Shown here one piece after another: positions 51,149-64,000 of a stretch of DNA of 64,000 bases; positions within the stretch are counted from its first letter, which is position 1, and each line of letters starts with the position of its first letter. A model generated the notes under the pieces. The model made no database searches. It had not been told where the DNA came from and worked only from the letters and a program-made list of their open reading frames with translations. Both the position numbers and the translations under genes were made by a program. Source of the stretch: Bispira polyomma (Eukaryota); assembly GCA_965649765.1 (NCBI GenBank), contig OZ287749.1, forward strand, positions 83,080,001 through 83,144,000, written 5' to 3'.

Positions 51149-54100
51149 CTGAAAATATAATTAAGACTAATCTATATCAACACACTGTATATTATTATAG
51201 TTGCATCAGGCCTCTGGCAGGGGATATTTACTTGTTACAAGAGAATGAAATCAATAAACTTCAATGTTTATTGGCGTACTTCTGTCAACTGCTGTATAAT
51301 TAAGTGTCATTTCATTTACAGGTTTGCTCTACATTAGAACAGGCTTAATCATTTCTTATAGAAAAACAACCCCTCCTTCATGTAAATGTGGCATACCGGA
51401 TTATAGGAAAGTTCCTTTCAACTATTCCATTACAATTCAATACAAAGTAAATCAGCACACAGTGCCACAAAACTGAGAAAAAAAATTTCTGGATTTGATT
51501 TTCTACCCAGATCCATTCTAAAATTTACTGGATTTGTCCTTGGTCCCTGCATCATCCCACCATCAAAAGATGGAAGGTAAAAAACCCAGTTTTTTTCTGA
51601 ATTTTCTTATTTTGCTGCTATGAAGTATTTACTGTAAATTAGTGCCTCTACTATATAAACACAATCGGAAGAAAAAGATTTTATTGGTTTTTGAACAGAA
51701 ACAACACGAGTTCTCATAATAAAAATGAGTTTATATACCTAGATATTCAGGTTACACAAAAATTTTGACAAAACTTTGAAGCTAGAAATTTTGGCCTAGT
51801 GTGCAACACATTCGCATAGGAACAAAAAGATAAGAAAAACGCTTTATTTTTATAGTAGAACCACTATTATCCAAACTTCTTACTATCTCAATATTCAATT
51901 TTATGAACTAATCTCCGAAATTTATGTTTTCCTGATTGATTCATACTAAAATACCTCTTTTATTTTATGAAGACTTTATTATCCAAACAAAATCTTGTTC
52001 TCCCAACATGTTTAAATTCTACTGTTTCAATTCATGCCTAAAGGTTTGTCAGTTAGTGCTGCAGTTAAGTACATCTTAATATTACTTAGATTAAAACTCG
52101 CACAAATATATTAAATATACTAGAAATCTCATACTGATAATTTAACTGGAAAATTTGTAACCAATTGACAAATTCTTCCTAAAATAACCGGAATGTTCAT
52201 AGTTTAGCTTGAAGTTGTCATTCATTCTAATGATAATGGTCAAATAGGAAGTCTTCATTAATTGACTTGTCTTAGAATGGTTATTGACTAAAAAAAACAA
52301 GCATGGATTTGTCCAGTGAGAAGAGGTTTTCACTTAATTCTGTAGCACTTTATGGTATCTTGGCAAAGGGCAATCATACGTGTGTAAGTTAGAAGGTATT
52401 CCACTTGTTCCAATGTGAGGACAGTTAATCCTATTAACACATAAATAAAGGTCAAATGGACCGTATACAAATACATATATTTACAAGTCTCCACACATTA
52501 TTAATAAGAGAGATCTCATAGACTGTAATGAAAATGCCTATCATCACAGAAGAATTCTGGTGATATTTTCACACAACATATTATCATGTCATTAACATAA
52601 ATCTATACCCAAACATAAGAGGTCTGTAACATATGGTCAGAGCTCAACTGCAGAGTCATCTGTCAACAGGCCTCTTAACACTTGGGTTGACAATTACCAT
52701 GCATTCTTTTACAAGAGCATGGCAGTTATTCTGCAGATCCTGGTCCCCTAAAAACTACACCACTCAAGTCTTAAAGTAGCTCAGTATTTCTGTTGTTTAT
52801 TACCTAGATTACTACACATATTTCTCCATTTTAGAAACCACTACTGACAGAATTTCATCCTTTTATTTTTATTAGTTTTAGGAGTTCTTGATAAGTGTAA
52901 TATTACCTGCCACTGTGGCCTAGTGGGTAACACACACACTGAGGAACACAGGTTCTATTCCAGCTTGGGGCTCCCAGGTACATACAGATATATATAGCGG
53001 CTTTACAATCATTTAAATTGGCAGTCCTGTGTCACTGGAGATAGGAGCCAGTGACAGGCTAAAGAACCCCTCCTTAAGACTCTGTTTTCAGATTTTCAGT
53101 TAGGGGAAGGACAGATAGTGGTTAAGGTTGGCTAGACTTGTGCAGTCAAGAATAGGTTAATTAGGGCTTTGAATGCCATATACAGGTAGATAAAACAGCT
53201 GACTAAAAATATAAATTTAATTCTCGTAACATGAGGCCAAATTTATAAAGCAGCTTATAAATACCCAACATTTTGTATGATAAACAGTCTTGACAAGTCC
53301 ACAGAAAGAAAAACCATTTTTTGTTAATTTTTTTAACTTTTGGAGTTTTTCCTGCAGCAAAAAAGACATGCACTTATGGAATTAACACCAATTAGACAAA
53401 TACATATATGTTCTTGTTAATTGGAAGTTGGTAGATTATTATTAAGGTCTCGTGTTAAAACAGGTAGATATTAAGTGATCAACGGTACAAGGAATCCCTT
53501 ATTGTTTGATGTGAACAAAAGTTCTCAAAGACATAGAAGAAAGTCACACATTCCCTGAGGCTGAGTCATTTCATTGAGAAAACAGACCACTAATGCCCGG
53601 CCACAGATTGTTGGAGTTGTCAGGTAATCCAGATCAAAAATATTGTCACATCTAGCACAATAATGTCCTTAATCGGTAACACAGAAATACTCCTGGTATT
53701 GTAAATTCATGCAAGTGAATACTGGCGTAACAATTTAGTCAATTCTTAACTACATTTGTACTTTGACTTTAGTTTTTGTTTCAGTGTCAAGAAAAGCCTC
53801 CAAAATAATATTGGACTACCAGGATTTACTAGTCCATTTATAGAAATGGGTTATTAATGTGAAGCATTATAACTTCCAATAATTAACAACACCCTCTGAT
53901 CCCCCATCCCCAACCACCTCCCCACCCTCCCAGTGTTAGATTAAGGCTGATCTGACATTTTAGTTGTTAAATGCATTGACACTAATTAAAAAAATATTCA
54001 GGGATGCATCCTATGTGCATGAATAACTTTTTTGTGAGTTGCCTATTACGCTGGTGTCAGCACTAGTTCCCAAATTTTGTAATTAAACATTTCTTTTATT

Positions 54101-56646
54101 ATTTTTAAGGAGAAAGAACAAAAATCAATGATATACAAGTGGTGAGAACAAGAACAGGGAACATTTTATTGAGAACAAATCTATTAGGGACTTCGATACA
54201 TGTACACTGGGTGGGAGGAGAAATCTAATGTTTATACAATTACAATAAGTGTGACCTGTCAATAACTGGGTGACAGCGCCTTTGACTATATGAACTTGGG
54301 CCTAAAGGGGGTTATTTATTTACAAACACCAAGTTGGTTGTAAATACGAAAGGAATAGTCATAAACAAACATACACAGAGAATACATAATGGAGGAAATA
54401 ATTACCTACATGTTTCCCTAAAAGAAGGTAAACCCTTTAAGAAAGCTCAATTCAATACTATTAGCCTTAAACAATCTACACACTAATACTCTATTGAACT
54501 TATAATCAAATGCCTGACATTTATTTGGAGCAAACTGGACCAATTTCAGATTAATAGTCAATTCTGTTATTAAAGTTGCAAGTCCAAGACTTAGTTTTAT
54601 GGGTATTTTTATGGATATAGTCTGGATGGGAAACTGTAATAAATCAGTTGCTCAGAACAATTTGTAATAGTGACACTCAAAATACATGAATTTTTCTTTT
54701 AATACATCAATGAAATCCAATTGCCAGGGTGAAATATTACACGAGTAATAACAAACACTCGACTGACATGGCTTTTTTATATGATATTAACTATTTAGAC
54801 AGGGTTTTGTATTTCTTCAATGTATATTTACTGTTGACAGGAAACTGTCATCAGTCCTGGGCTTCTAATCATAGAATTACAAATTGTCTGAAGAAATGTT
54901 TTTAAACGAGAAAACAAGTACCAGGTATTTTGCAAAAGCGAGGATGTCTTCTGTGTCGAACTGCCTTTGTTGTGTATTGCATTGTGAGCTTCTCCACCAA
55001 ACTTTTTTTGACAAACTGAATATGTATATATAAACACTGATCTGATCTAGGGTATGATTTTTAGCTGAAGAAAGAAGTTTTTTCAAGAATTTAGTCCCAG
55101 ATGTTTGCCCAATGGCACCACAAGTAGGGTACTACTATTACTTAAATTTGGATCTAAATTTATATAATGGAGATGTTTAAGAATGCACATAGACCTAAAG
55201 AAGAAGTTTTGCTTAATAAACACCCTGCAAAGTACAATACATCATTATCTTAAACTAGAGAGTTCCATCTATACAACAGAGGAATTAGGTTCATCAATTA
55301 CATTAATAAACTTCTGAAAGAAATCGAACTGATTATTTTTTTTCATTAGAGCAATATAAAGAGACCACTATTTAGAATATTCTACACATGTAAGAGCTTT
55401 TACAAGGTGCTGAAAGTAATAAGTAGATGTTAAATTAAAGACTAGTATTTAATTTTTTCCTGAATAAACAAAAAAACGCATTTGTCAATAGATCCCATCC
55501 ATGGCTTCCAGGATTCTAAAGAATCCACCATACCATTAATATTTTGAAAACTCAAAGTCCCCCTTCACGATTGTGTGTGTGTAAATAAAAACGTTAAACA
55601 TAATGGCAGATCAAGTGATCATTATTGGATTACTGTTGACCTAGAGCTACAAATTCCCAGGTTTTATAGCCATCTTTAAATGGTGTCAAAGTATGACAGT
55701 GTAATAAAAAGTTGTCTTAGTATTCAGGGAATGTAATGCACTTCAATGTAGCCTTGCTGTATCTAAGTGATAAAAACAAAGAATTAATTTGTAATTTTTA
55801 AAAATAATTTACTTTACATTTTAGCAATTTAATATATTGACTCATTCAAAGTTTGGAATATTGTAACCAAACTACAAATTTCTTATTTTGGCTATCTCAC
55901 GTTTCCTTAGAGTTAAGTGAATCATTATACTATACAAGTAGACCATTTTCACTTTGAATCAATTTAGAGCTACATTCACTGATTATGAGCTTGGATGATG
56001 AAAATTAGTTTATTTTAAAAATTTAGTAAATTAGAAATTGTAAATATTTTCATTTGTGAAGCTTGTTTCTTTTCAAATTTAGCAATGATCTTAGTAATGA
56101 TAAAATATTAAATTTCATTCCAGTTAAAATGTCACTTTACATCCATTTGTAGCACGAGTGTCCCGATGTAGTATACTGCACTACTAAATTCAGCAGAATG
56201 TGGTATTAAACATATTTACACGATTAAGCAGAGCTAAGCCTATGTAGAGATACACTTCATTAAATTCTCTGTACATTGAATATGTGATGAATACAACACC
56301 TATAACTCAATATCAGAGCTTTATCTTTCTTAACATTTATGAGGTGACTTATCTGAATATTTTATGGCTTAAGGGAGTTTAACTTGCGGGAGATCATACT
56401 ACTTGTGATTTCACCCCAATAATATTATTGAACATCAAGGTTTAACTTTTACAACTATCGTCATATCGAGTGTTAATTGACTGCAAATCCTATTATACAT
56501 TTTGCTGATTCTTGTCTAAAGTCACACCCTATGTTAGTTCTGTTTAACTCATTTTAAATAATAAGGTACTCTGTCTAAGAACCACATAATCAAATAAACT
56601 ACAGTTAAACTCTTATAAGAACTCAACTCTGTTAAGTGGATTTCAC

Positions 56647-56886
56647 TTGGGCTACGGCACCCTTCACCATGTGAAGCGTGAAAGGGAGTTGCGCCCCTTG
56701 CCGCCGGATGCTACAGGGTGGGTTAATACCCAATCTGGTTGCTTGCTGATTAACCAGCTATTAACCCCCTACCCTCACGACTTTGCTATGCCCATGGACC
56801 TTACGATTGGATCACTGATTCTGCTGTTGCGCTTTAGAAGATGCCTGGCAACAATAAAGCACGTGAAAAATGCATAATAATAATAA
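56647..56886 (+). mobile_element. 3' end of a LINE or LINE-tailed SINE
   Basis: GC-rich block ending gcgctttaga..aataaagc..(AAT)n; possible TTCAC TSD. Confidence 0.5.
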
Positions 56887-57276
56887 TTCACCCTTTCATA
56901 ATTAAAAAAATCTGTAGTCTATTTTTAATACTACATATTTCCTTCTGCAATCTACCCTGTTAAGTACACATCTTTTTTGGGGGGAAATTTTAACCCTGTT
57001 AAATCAAACTACAAGAGACCATGTACCTTGACAGAGTGGGTGTGAAGGATTTCAGTAACCGGCCCCACCCACCTTTGTTCTTTAGTACCTTCCATGAACT
57101 GTTAACCGTTTCTCTAATTGGCCCCCACAGTTGGGCACCAAAATCCACCATTTTTTCATATTTGCATTTGACATTCAGCAATGCACACTGAATTTGAATT
57201 TTACTTGGACTTTTATTATTCTATCTTAGTTTATTGATACTCTCTACTAATATATATATTTTAATCAAGTATTAAC

Positions 57277-58300
57277 ATGGCTCTGAGAGAGGTGGACTGC
57301 ACTGCATGGTAGTTGATTCTGAGATCGTCGCTGATACAAACGGAGGATCAGAACAGGCTTCAGCTGCGACAAGTACTAGTGAGACTTCTCAAAGGGAGGT
57401 TAATTTACAAATACTGCCTGAACTAACTTAAGCAATTAGGTTCTCGTATAGCTTGTATTGAAGGTGAGATCGCCAGTACTGAAGCTGGCTAAAATGTTAA
57501 CAAAGACGGTAGTTCCAAAAGTAGTAGTAGTAGGACTGCTAGCAACAACCCTAATGCGCCACTCACACAAAATAATGGCTGTACTTCCATAAGTACTAGT
57601 ACTAGAATTGCTGTGCTAGCAATAGCCCTTACAGTGAGCTTCCCCCTTTATCTAGTGTCAAAGAACAATACCAAGTAGAAATAGAGAGGAGTAGCTTAAT
57701 GAGAAAGAAAAAGTAACTTAAAAACTCAAAGAGGTGGGCCTGTGGATGTATATGTAAAACAGAGTTCCATGGCCTCATAATAGTATCCTCTCAGGTTCTA
57801 GCAAGTCATGTGTGTCACATGATATTCTGAATGTATTTGAATGGATGGCTGGCTTCAGCCAGATCATCCATGAGGAGTCAAATGTTGACACAAAAAACTT
57901 TACGTGGAGTATATGTCAGAATTATTTGAGGATGCAAATGACTTATCGTGGACTTCTGCTAAAGCTAGGCAAGCCTTGCTCCTATGTCGTATAAAGGAAG
58001 GCAAGGTCACCTGGAACCAAACTGACCGTATCAGAAGAGGTACTGCTCAAAGGTCACAAATCACTCCTATACTGCCGGTTATAGCACTGTTGGCAATTAA
58101 AATTTCAACAAAGCAAAACCTGCAATTTGCAAATACTTTCAGAATGCAACTTGTTCCCATTCTAAGAATCACACCACAGCAAAGGTGTTATTTAAACATT
58201 GTTGTCAGAAATGTCCAGCGCAAGGTAAAACTGCTAGCCACAGAAAGGCACAGTGTACTGCAGTGTAAGGCAGTTTTTCTGACAACATGTGCGAAAAATT
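57277..58300 (+). pseudogene. gag-like ORF remnant of the DIRS/Ngaro element
   Basis: VPWPH..EWMAGF..YMSELFEDANDLSWTSAKA..LLCRIKEGKVTW fragments in shifted frames. Confidence 0.7.
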
Positions 58301-58646
58301 ATTTGGCAGTGCAAACCAAACAATTTAAGCACAGGGGGGGAAACTGGGTGGGGGGGGGGACAAAAAGTTTTTACACCTTGTCGAACGTCGGGGTGATCAT
58401 TCTGACCAAAAAAGGATACCCACCAAAATTCACACAAGGGCAATGTTGGCCATATAAAAACATTAGATGAGTATTTAGATATAACTAGTCAAAACAAATT
58501 TGCTCCCCTTTTATGTGAGGGACACGAAAAAGCAGGCATTATTGATAGTACTTTGGCAGTAGATAGATAAAGGTGTGCAAACTCATGTTCATATTAACGA
58601 CGACATCGCTAACAGAAAACAATAGTCACAGATTAGTCAAATCGCT

Positions 58647-60420
58647 GTGGCAATTGAAGATTCTGGTCCCAACATAAGTAATAAAGGTCTGGAATGTGAC
58701 CGGGAAACTGATGAGTATCTATTTGGCCTCAGTACTTCAAAAAACAACAACCGTAAGCTACAAATAGCCAAAAATAATGCCAATCACACGGCTTGGAACT
58801 CGTACATGAAGGCAAAATTTGGTTTTATTTCATGGTGGAATTTAAATCTCAGACATCCGAAAGCTGTAAGTGTCGTTGCAAATAATGCTTTGTTAGCAAA
58901 AACCAAAATAAGACATACAACTTTACATAACTTCATGCACTTGAATCTGTGTATTCCCTCTCAACTAAATGTGAAAGCATGGGAAAAACAACTGACAAAT
59001 TTCTGGGACCAACAACTAGTGAGTTTAATTCGCTGTGGTTTCCCTCTTGATGTAAAAGATCAATCAAATCTGGTAGTCACGGGTGAAAATCATAAGTCTG
59101 CCACAGAATTCTCTAAGCATGTCGCTCATTATTTAAGGGAAGAACAAGACTTTGAAGCAATTATGGGTCCTTTTGATAAAAAACTAGTAAGTAACTTCCA
59201 CTCATCCCCTTTTATGACCAGGGAGAAACCAAACACAACAAATCGCAGGGTCATTATTGACCTGAGCTGGCAGAGTATGCATGCTGTCAATTCAAATGTG
59301 AGTCAGAAAATATATCTGGGTACTCATTTTATACTTACTTTTCCTTCTGTTGATTAAATAACAAATGAGGTGATCAAATTAAGACGAGGCTCTAAGCTTT
59401 ATAAGATAGACATTAGTAGAGCTTTTCGGCATTTGAAAATGGACCTGGAGGATATTCACGTAAAGGGTCTTTTCCAGGAGAATCAATATTTCTAGACACT
59501 TGCCTACCTTTTGGGTACAAGCATGGTAGCACTATTATTAAAAAGTTAGTGACAGATATATGATGCGTGAGCTAGGTTTCCCAGTCATCAATTACATTGA
59601 TGATTTTACAGGCTTTGGACTAGCCACTACAGCTAAAAAATCCTATCACACCCTCTATGACCTCCTGCAGCAGCTAGGTTTCACAATCAGAAGTAAAAAA
59701 CTCATTCCCCCCAACACTCGGGTCATATGCCTGGGGGTAGACAAAAATACTGAGACATTCACTAGATCAATACCTAGACAAAAAATGCAGCAAGTTCTGA
59801 ATAATTGCATGACTTGGGATGACATCTCTTAGGCAGTCTGCTGTATGTTGCAAAATGTTTTTAGAGTAGCTAGATGCTTCCTTAACAGAATGTTGCAATT
59901 GTTAAGGGATAACAAAAACAGTACAGGTATCAAAATAACTGACAAGTTAAAAAATACCTTAAATGGTTACAATGGGATCTCATTTTTCTCGCACACACCA
60001 GTACAGGAATCAGTCTAGACACCTATCTGACAGGCCTGGGAGATGATTGGGGGAGCTTAGTCTATACCTTCACTCTTCCCATACTTTTCCTATCTCTGGG
60101 AATCGTACAGCTAGAAATGCTAAACATTCTAGTGGCAATGAGAATATGGGCCCAGCAATTGGCGGGTAGTTAGTGTACTAAATTCTGCAAGAACAAATAA
60201 CATTTTTCTTGGGAACTGTGCAAGAAACCTTTTAATGTTATCTGCTATTCATGATATTGAGCTTAAAGTTGTTCATGTACTGGGTGTCAAAACAATGTGG
60301 CTGACCTACTGTCTAGATGGCAGGACACAAAATCTAACCATGCTCAGCTTAAAAGTTACATACCCAATCTGGTATGGCTAGGGGTAAATGAAGAATACTT
60401 ATTTGTAGATTTCTCATTGT
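58647..60420 (+). pseudogene. RT-RNase H remnant of the DIRS/Ngaro element
   Basis: GFPLD, NHKSA, GPF, SPFMTREK, YIDDF motifs; interrupted reading frame. Confidence 0.9.
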
Positions 60421-60665
60421 AGCTGTGCTTTTTAGAAATTCCTCAAGCAGCAGGTATACTGGTTTATGATGCCTTGGCTAGGCTGCAGACAGTGTTCATG
60501 CCCAACACTACAAAATGTTTACAACATGTTTAAATTCTTCTTAGCCTACCTGTGTTTCCTGCATTGTCCCACCTCCAAGGTAATGGTAACAGTTTTTTTT
60601 TTTGTCTCTTCATCCGCTTCTGTGGTATTTAATCATGTGTCAGCTGTTAAAGCTTATTTCATCAT

Positions 60666-62765
60666 TATTATTATATGATTAATTATATAGCGCTTTATCT
60701 TGGTAGCTCAAAATGCTGCACAATAATGAAAATGTAAAAGCTATGTAATAACAAAAAGAGTAAAAGACTAGAATTAAAAAACGGTAAAACTTAAAGAGAT
60801 AAAAAGTATAGAACTTAAAAACATAAAAAGTCAATAAGCTATTTTAAAAAGGTGTGTTTTTAAAAGACTGAACAGTACTAGCACTTCCTCTACAGTCTGG
60901 TAGTTGATTCCTTAGGAATGGACCACAGTTTGTGAAAGCCTGATTTCCAGACTTATTGTTTGTCTTAGTTTGCAATAATTTTAAGCAGGTGCTTGATCTT
61001 AGTTGCTGCTGTGGAACGGATACTAGTACAAGTTCAGATAAGTATTTTGGTGCCATTTTGTGCAGACATTTGAATACATATGTGAGAATCCGGAAATTCA
61101 CTCTTTACTCTACTGGTAGCCAGTGTGAATCATAACATAGTTTGGTAACATGTTCATATGATGAAAGTCTGTATATGAGACGTGCAGCAGAATTTTGAAT
61201 GGGCTGTAAGTGTGAGAGATTGTATTTGCTAATCCCAAATAGAAGACAGCAGCAATAGTCTACACGTGATTGTACTACAGCCTGAACCAAGGACTTGCAT
61301 GCCTCCAGTGATAAGAATTTTCTAATACAATAGAGTTTCCTCATTCGAGCATTGATACTTCTTACTTTTGCTTTGACAAATCAATCCATAGTAAGAAATG
61401 TATCCTTTACTACACCCAGATTTCGGACACAGTCTGATAAGGATATTCCACAGTCATCAATATGTATTTTAAAGTTTTGGTTGTCCCTCAATTTAGTTCT
61501 TGATCGAAAAACAATAAATTCCGTTTAGGAATCATTAACCTTTACAAAGTTCTGTTGCATCCATTGTTTGAGGCTTCCAATACATTTATTTCTCTAAACA
61601 ATCCATTCTTTGATCAACATTTTGTTGTTAATTATGACATATAACTAAGAGTCATCAGCATAAAACATATTTTTTACTCCAAGGGTTTCAGCAATATCAC
61701 ACACTAGGGCCATGTATAAGGTGAACAATAATGGTCCTAAGACTGATCCCTGTGGCACCCCAAAAAGAGTAAACATTTTAGGTGATATAGAGTTCCAAAT
61801 TTTGACAGACTGTGATCTATTCATCAGGTATGACTTGAACCAGGAAAGTGCAACATCGGTAATTCCAAATCTAGTTGATAATCCTTTTAGTAATGTACAG
61901 TGATCAACAGTGTCAAATGCCGCACCAAGATCCAGCAAGGCTAAGGCAACTAACTATTTATTGTTGATGGATGACAAGATATCATTTTGTACTCTCAGGT
62001 GTGTGGTCTCAGTGGAATGAAATGCCCTATAAGCTGATTGATTCTTTTGCTAAAGGTTATTGACATCCAAATGCAATTTCAATCGCGGCAACAAATTGTT
62101 CCAGAACTTTAGAAATAAAACATAAATTGAAAACTAGGTGATCATTTTTAAAGTCATTCTTATCCAATCCCTCCTTTTTCAGGTTTTATCACTGCATGCT
62201 TGAAAGATGTAGGACATTCACCTGATAAAAGTAATGAAATAATAATTTTCACCATTGCTGGTACCAGAGAATAAATATGCTCTATTAGTAGGTGTGTTGG
62301 TATGGGATCAAGGTCACATGGGGCTGATGAGGATTTCAATATTATCTTGCGAATTCCCCTCATAAGTAGAAATGTGATAATGTACCAGACACTAAACCAT
62401 CAAATAGTGTTTCACATGTTTTCATTATTGCATTGTATGTTTTCAATTGCACTCGAGCACTTTGTGAGACACAAATGCAGTTTTTGCATGTGGTAAAAGC
62501 CACAATGACAACAGTACATTGTTTTCAATAATTTAGGTAGTCCTGATGATAATTGGAATTCTTTTATTTTCTCTCAATTCGTCTCTTCCTGACTTTAACT
62601 TGTCAAAGTTCTGCATTATACCGGGCAGTTTTGGGCCTCACAGCAATGTTTTTTTCTCTGAGTGGGGCATGCTTGTCAAGCACTTCAGTGATAGTTTCAT
62701 TATATTAATCAGCAAGTTCATCAGTGCATGTACATTTGCAAAGAATTGAGTTAAGATCCTGTTTT
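60666..62765 (-). mobile_element. 5'-truncated L2-clade LINE inserted in the recombinase ORF
   Basis: CDLDPIPT, LDLGAAFDTVDH, GVPQGSVLGPLLF and YADD motifs; 3' end aagcgctatataa..(AAT)n; ATCAT duplicated at 60661-60665 and 62766-62770. Confidence 0.92.
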
Positions 62766-63478
62766 ATCATGTATGGGCTGTTGATTGCCATGTTTGATGA
62801 ACCTCGTATTAAACTGTATAACAAGGCCTCCCTGAACAATAGGTCCTTGGTAGCTTAGATCAAACCTGTTTTGGATTCTGATGTGTTACTTCAGCTTGTA
62901 TTGGCTTGTGATAGTACTAAGATGGGGCAAATCTCTAAAGCTGTGTATTTGACAGCTTATTTTTCCAATCTGGCACTCCATGTCGCCTCAAATTCGACAT
63001 GTCCAGACATTTATGTAAAGCTGATATATTTTTCCGGCCTCCGGGCATCCACTTGTTAATCAAATAGTCAAAGCCCATTTATTCTCGAAACTCAGTGAAA
63101 CTTATAAAGATTCCTTGGCTCATCGGCTTTGTGTCCTATGACTGCCCTGAGAAATGTTTTGAGGCTCTCCCATGGGGTCCGAATGCACCCTTAATTCAAG
63201 TTAAAGTGGGTCAAGCCTGGGCTCCCCTCACTGATAGCAAGATCAGGCACCATCTGGGAATAGTCCTCCATCTGGCGGGCCTTGGTAGTTCGGGCCTAGC
63301 TTTTCATTCTTTCCGGCGTTCAGGTGGCTCTTTGGCTTACAATTCTAATGTTGAGTTGGAGCATATCAAAGAACACGGCACCTGTACGTCGGATGCAGTC
63401 CGTTCATACTTGGTACAAGACCAAGCTGTGGGACAGACAGTGGCTTTAGCTTTCAAAGCCCTCCTGCACAAACCTTGA
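62766..63478 (+). pseudogene. Tyrosine recombinase C-terminal remnant (N-terminal part at about 60430-60665)
   Basis: HSFRR at 63305 and terminal catalytic Tyr; frame rejoins across the LINE as AVKAYFIMYGL. Confidence 0.88.
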
Positions 63479-63689
63479 GACTACCCCGACTTTGCTTTGG
63501 TGTTTGGTGGTTTTATACACTAAAAGTATATATCATATTTGGTTAAAAAGGTATATTTACATAAATAATCAGTATGGTAAATCTATAACGCAGTTTCATC
63601 TGTAATTATTCTTGTTTTACTTACCGGTAATTATATGTTCTGTAATTTTACTCTTTATTGCATGCATATGTTTTACGTCAAATTAACTT

Positions 63690-63815
63690 TAATTAAGGTT
63701 ATCTTAGTAAAGATAGCAACCTTAACTTAAATTTGCATGTAAAATGTAGAAACTTTAACTCATCTTAACTTAAGGTCACCTTAGTTAAGATTGCTCCAAT
63801 GGTGACCTTAACTCT
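63690..63815. repeat. Imperfect inverted repeats (ttaaggtcacc / ggtgaccttaa), probable MITE remnant
   Basis: Direct and inverted copies of ttaaggt(t/c)a(t/c)cttag. Confidence 0.4.
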
Positions 63816-64000
63816 AACATATTAAAGTAGAAACTTTGTCTGGTCACCTTAGTTAGTTTAGAATGACCACAGACTGTATATAAAAGTAGTCACTCTTAAA
63901 AAAACTAGTGAATGTAATACTTTTACTAACATGTAAAAAAATTTTTATCTCTCAAACTGTCTTATATCTTGAGGGTATCTTTACTCACCTTTCTGGACTT

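Larger units (their letters stand above)
57030..63520 (+). mobile_element. Decayed DIRS/Ngaro-type tyrosine-recombinase retrotransposon (ends approximate)
   Basis: Order gag-like, RT (RVIIDLSW, YKIDISRAFRH, YIDD at 59593), RNase H (LEMLNI, ADLLSR), YR (HSFRRSG...HG...SDAVRSY); many stops and frameshifts. Confidence 0.9.

Noticed and set aside
52698-52747. AG..GT bounded open segment DQDLQNNCHALVKECM
   Set aside because: No kinesin similarity where the motor is conserved; adjoins a repeat remnant.
54830-55400. Possible decayed transposase fragment (LYFAGCLLSK)
   Set aside because: Too degraded to assign without a profile search.
63981-64000. Donor-like AAG|GTGAGT at the window edge as the preceding kinesin exon
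   Set aside because: Only 12 nt are visible and phase-0 KSRK does not match the expected SHAIFT..FTQ; cannot be supported.

Overview
AT-rich metazoan genomic DNA, probably an invertebrate (the repeat families resemble those of molluscs and other lophotrochozoans; inference). The window lies within one large minus-strand gene, a kinesin-3 of the KIF16 group most like STARD9 (KIF16A). Twelve short GT-AG exons (51148 down to 3191) splice in consistent phase. They encode the motor C-terminal half ([30 protein letters not shown]), neck coil, CC1, FHA domain and the start of the stalk. The introns carry tRNA-headed SINEs, Helentron/DINE-type elements, hAT/Kolobok/Harbinger-like MITEs, LINE fragments, and a decayed DIRS/Ngaro tyrosine-recombinase retrotransposon split by an L2 LINE. 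The most unusual pattern is that most long non-TE tandem arrays are anchored on exon boundaries and multiply the splice sites themselves. Two exons also have upstream partial copies with good acceptors that run into stops. Other candidates are an in-frame cassette exon with a 14-3-3 motif (RSHSLP), two possible internal first exons, and a strong same-strand bias of SINEs and Helentrons. All calls were made by eye with no database searches.
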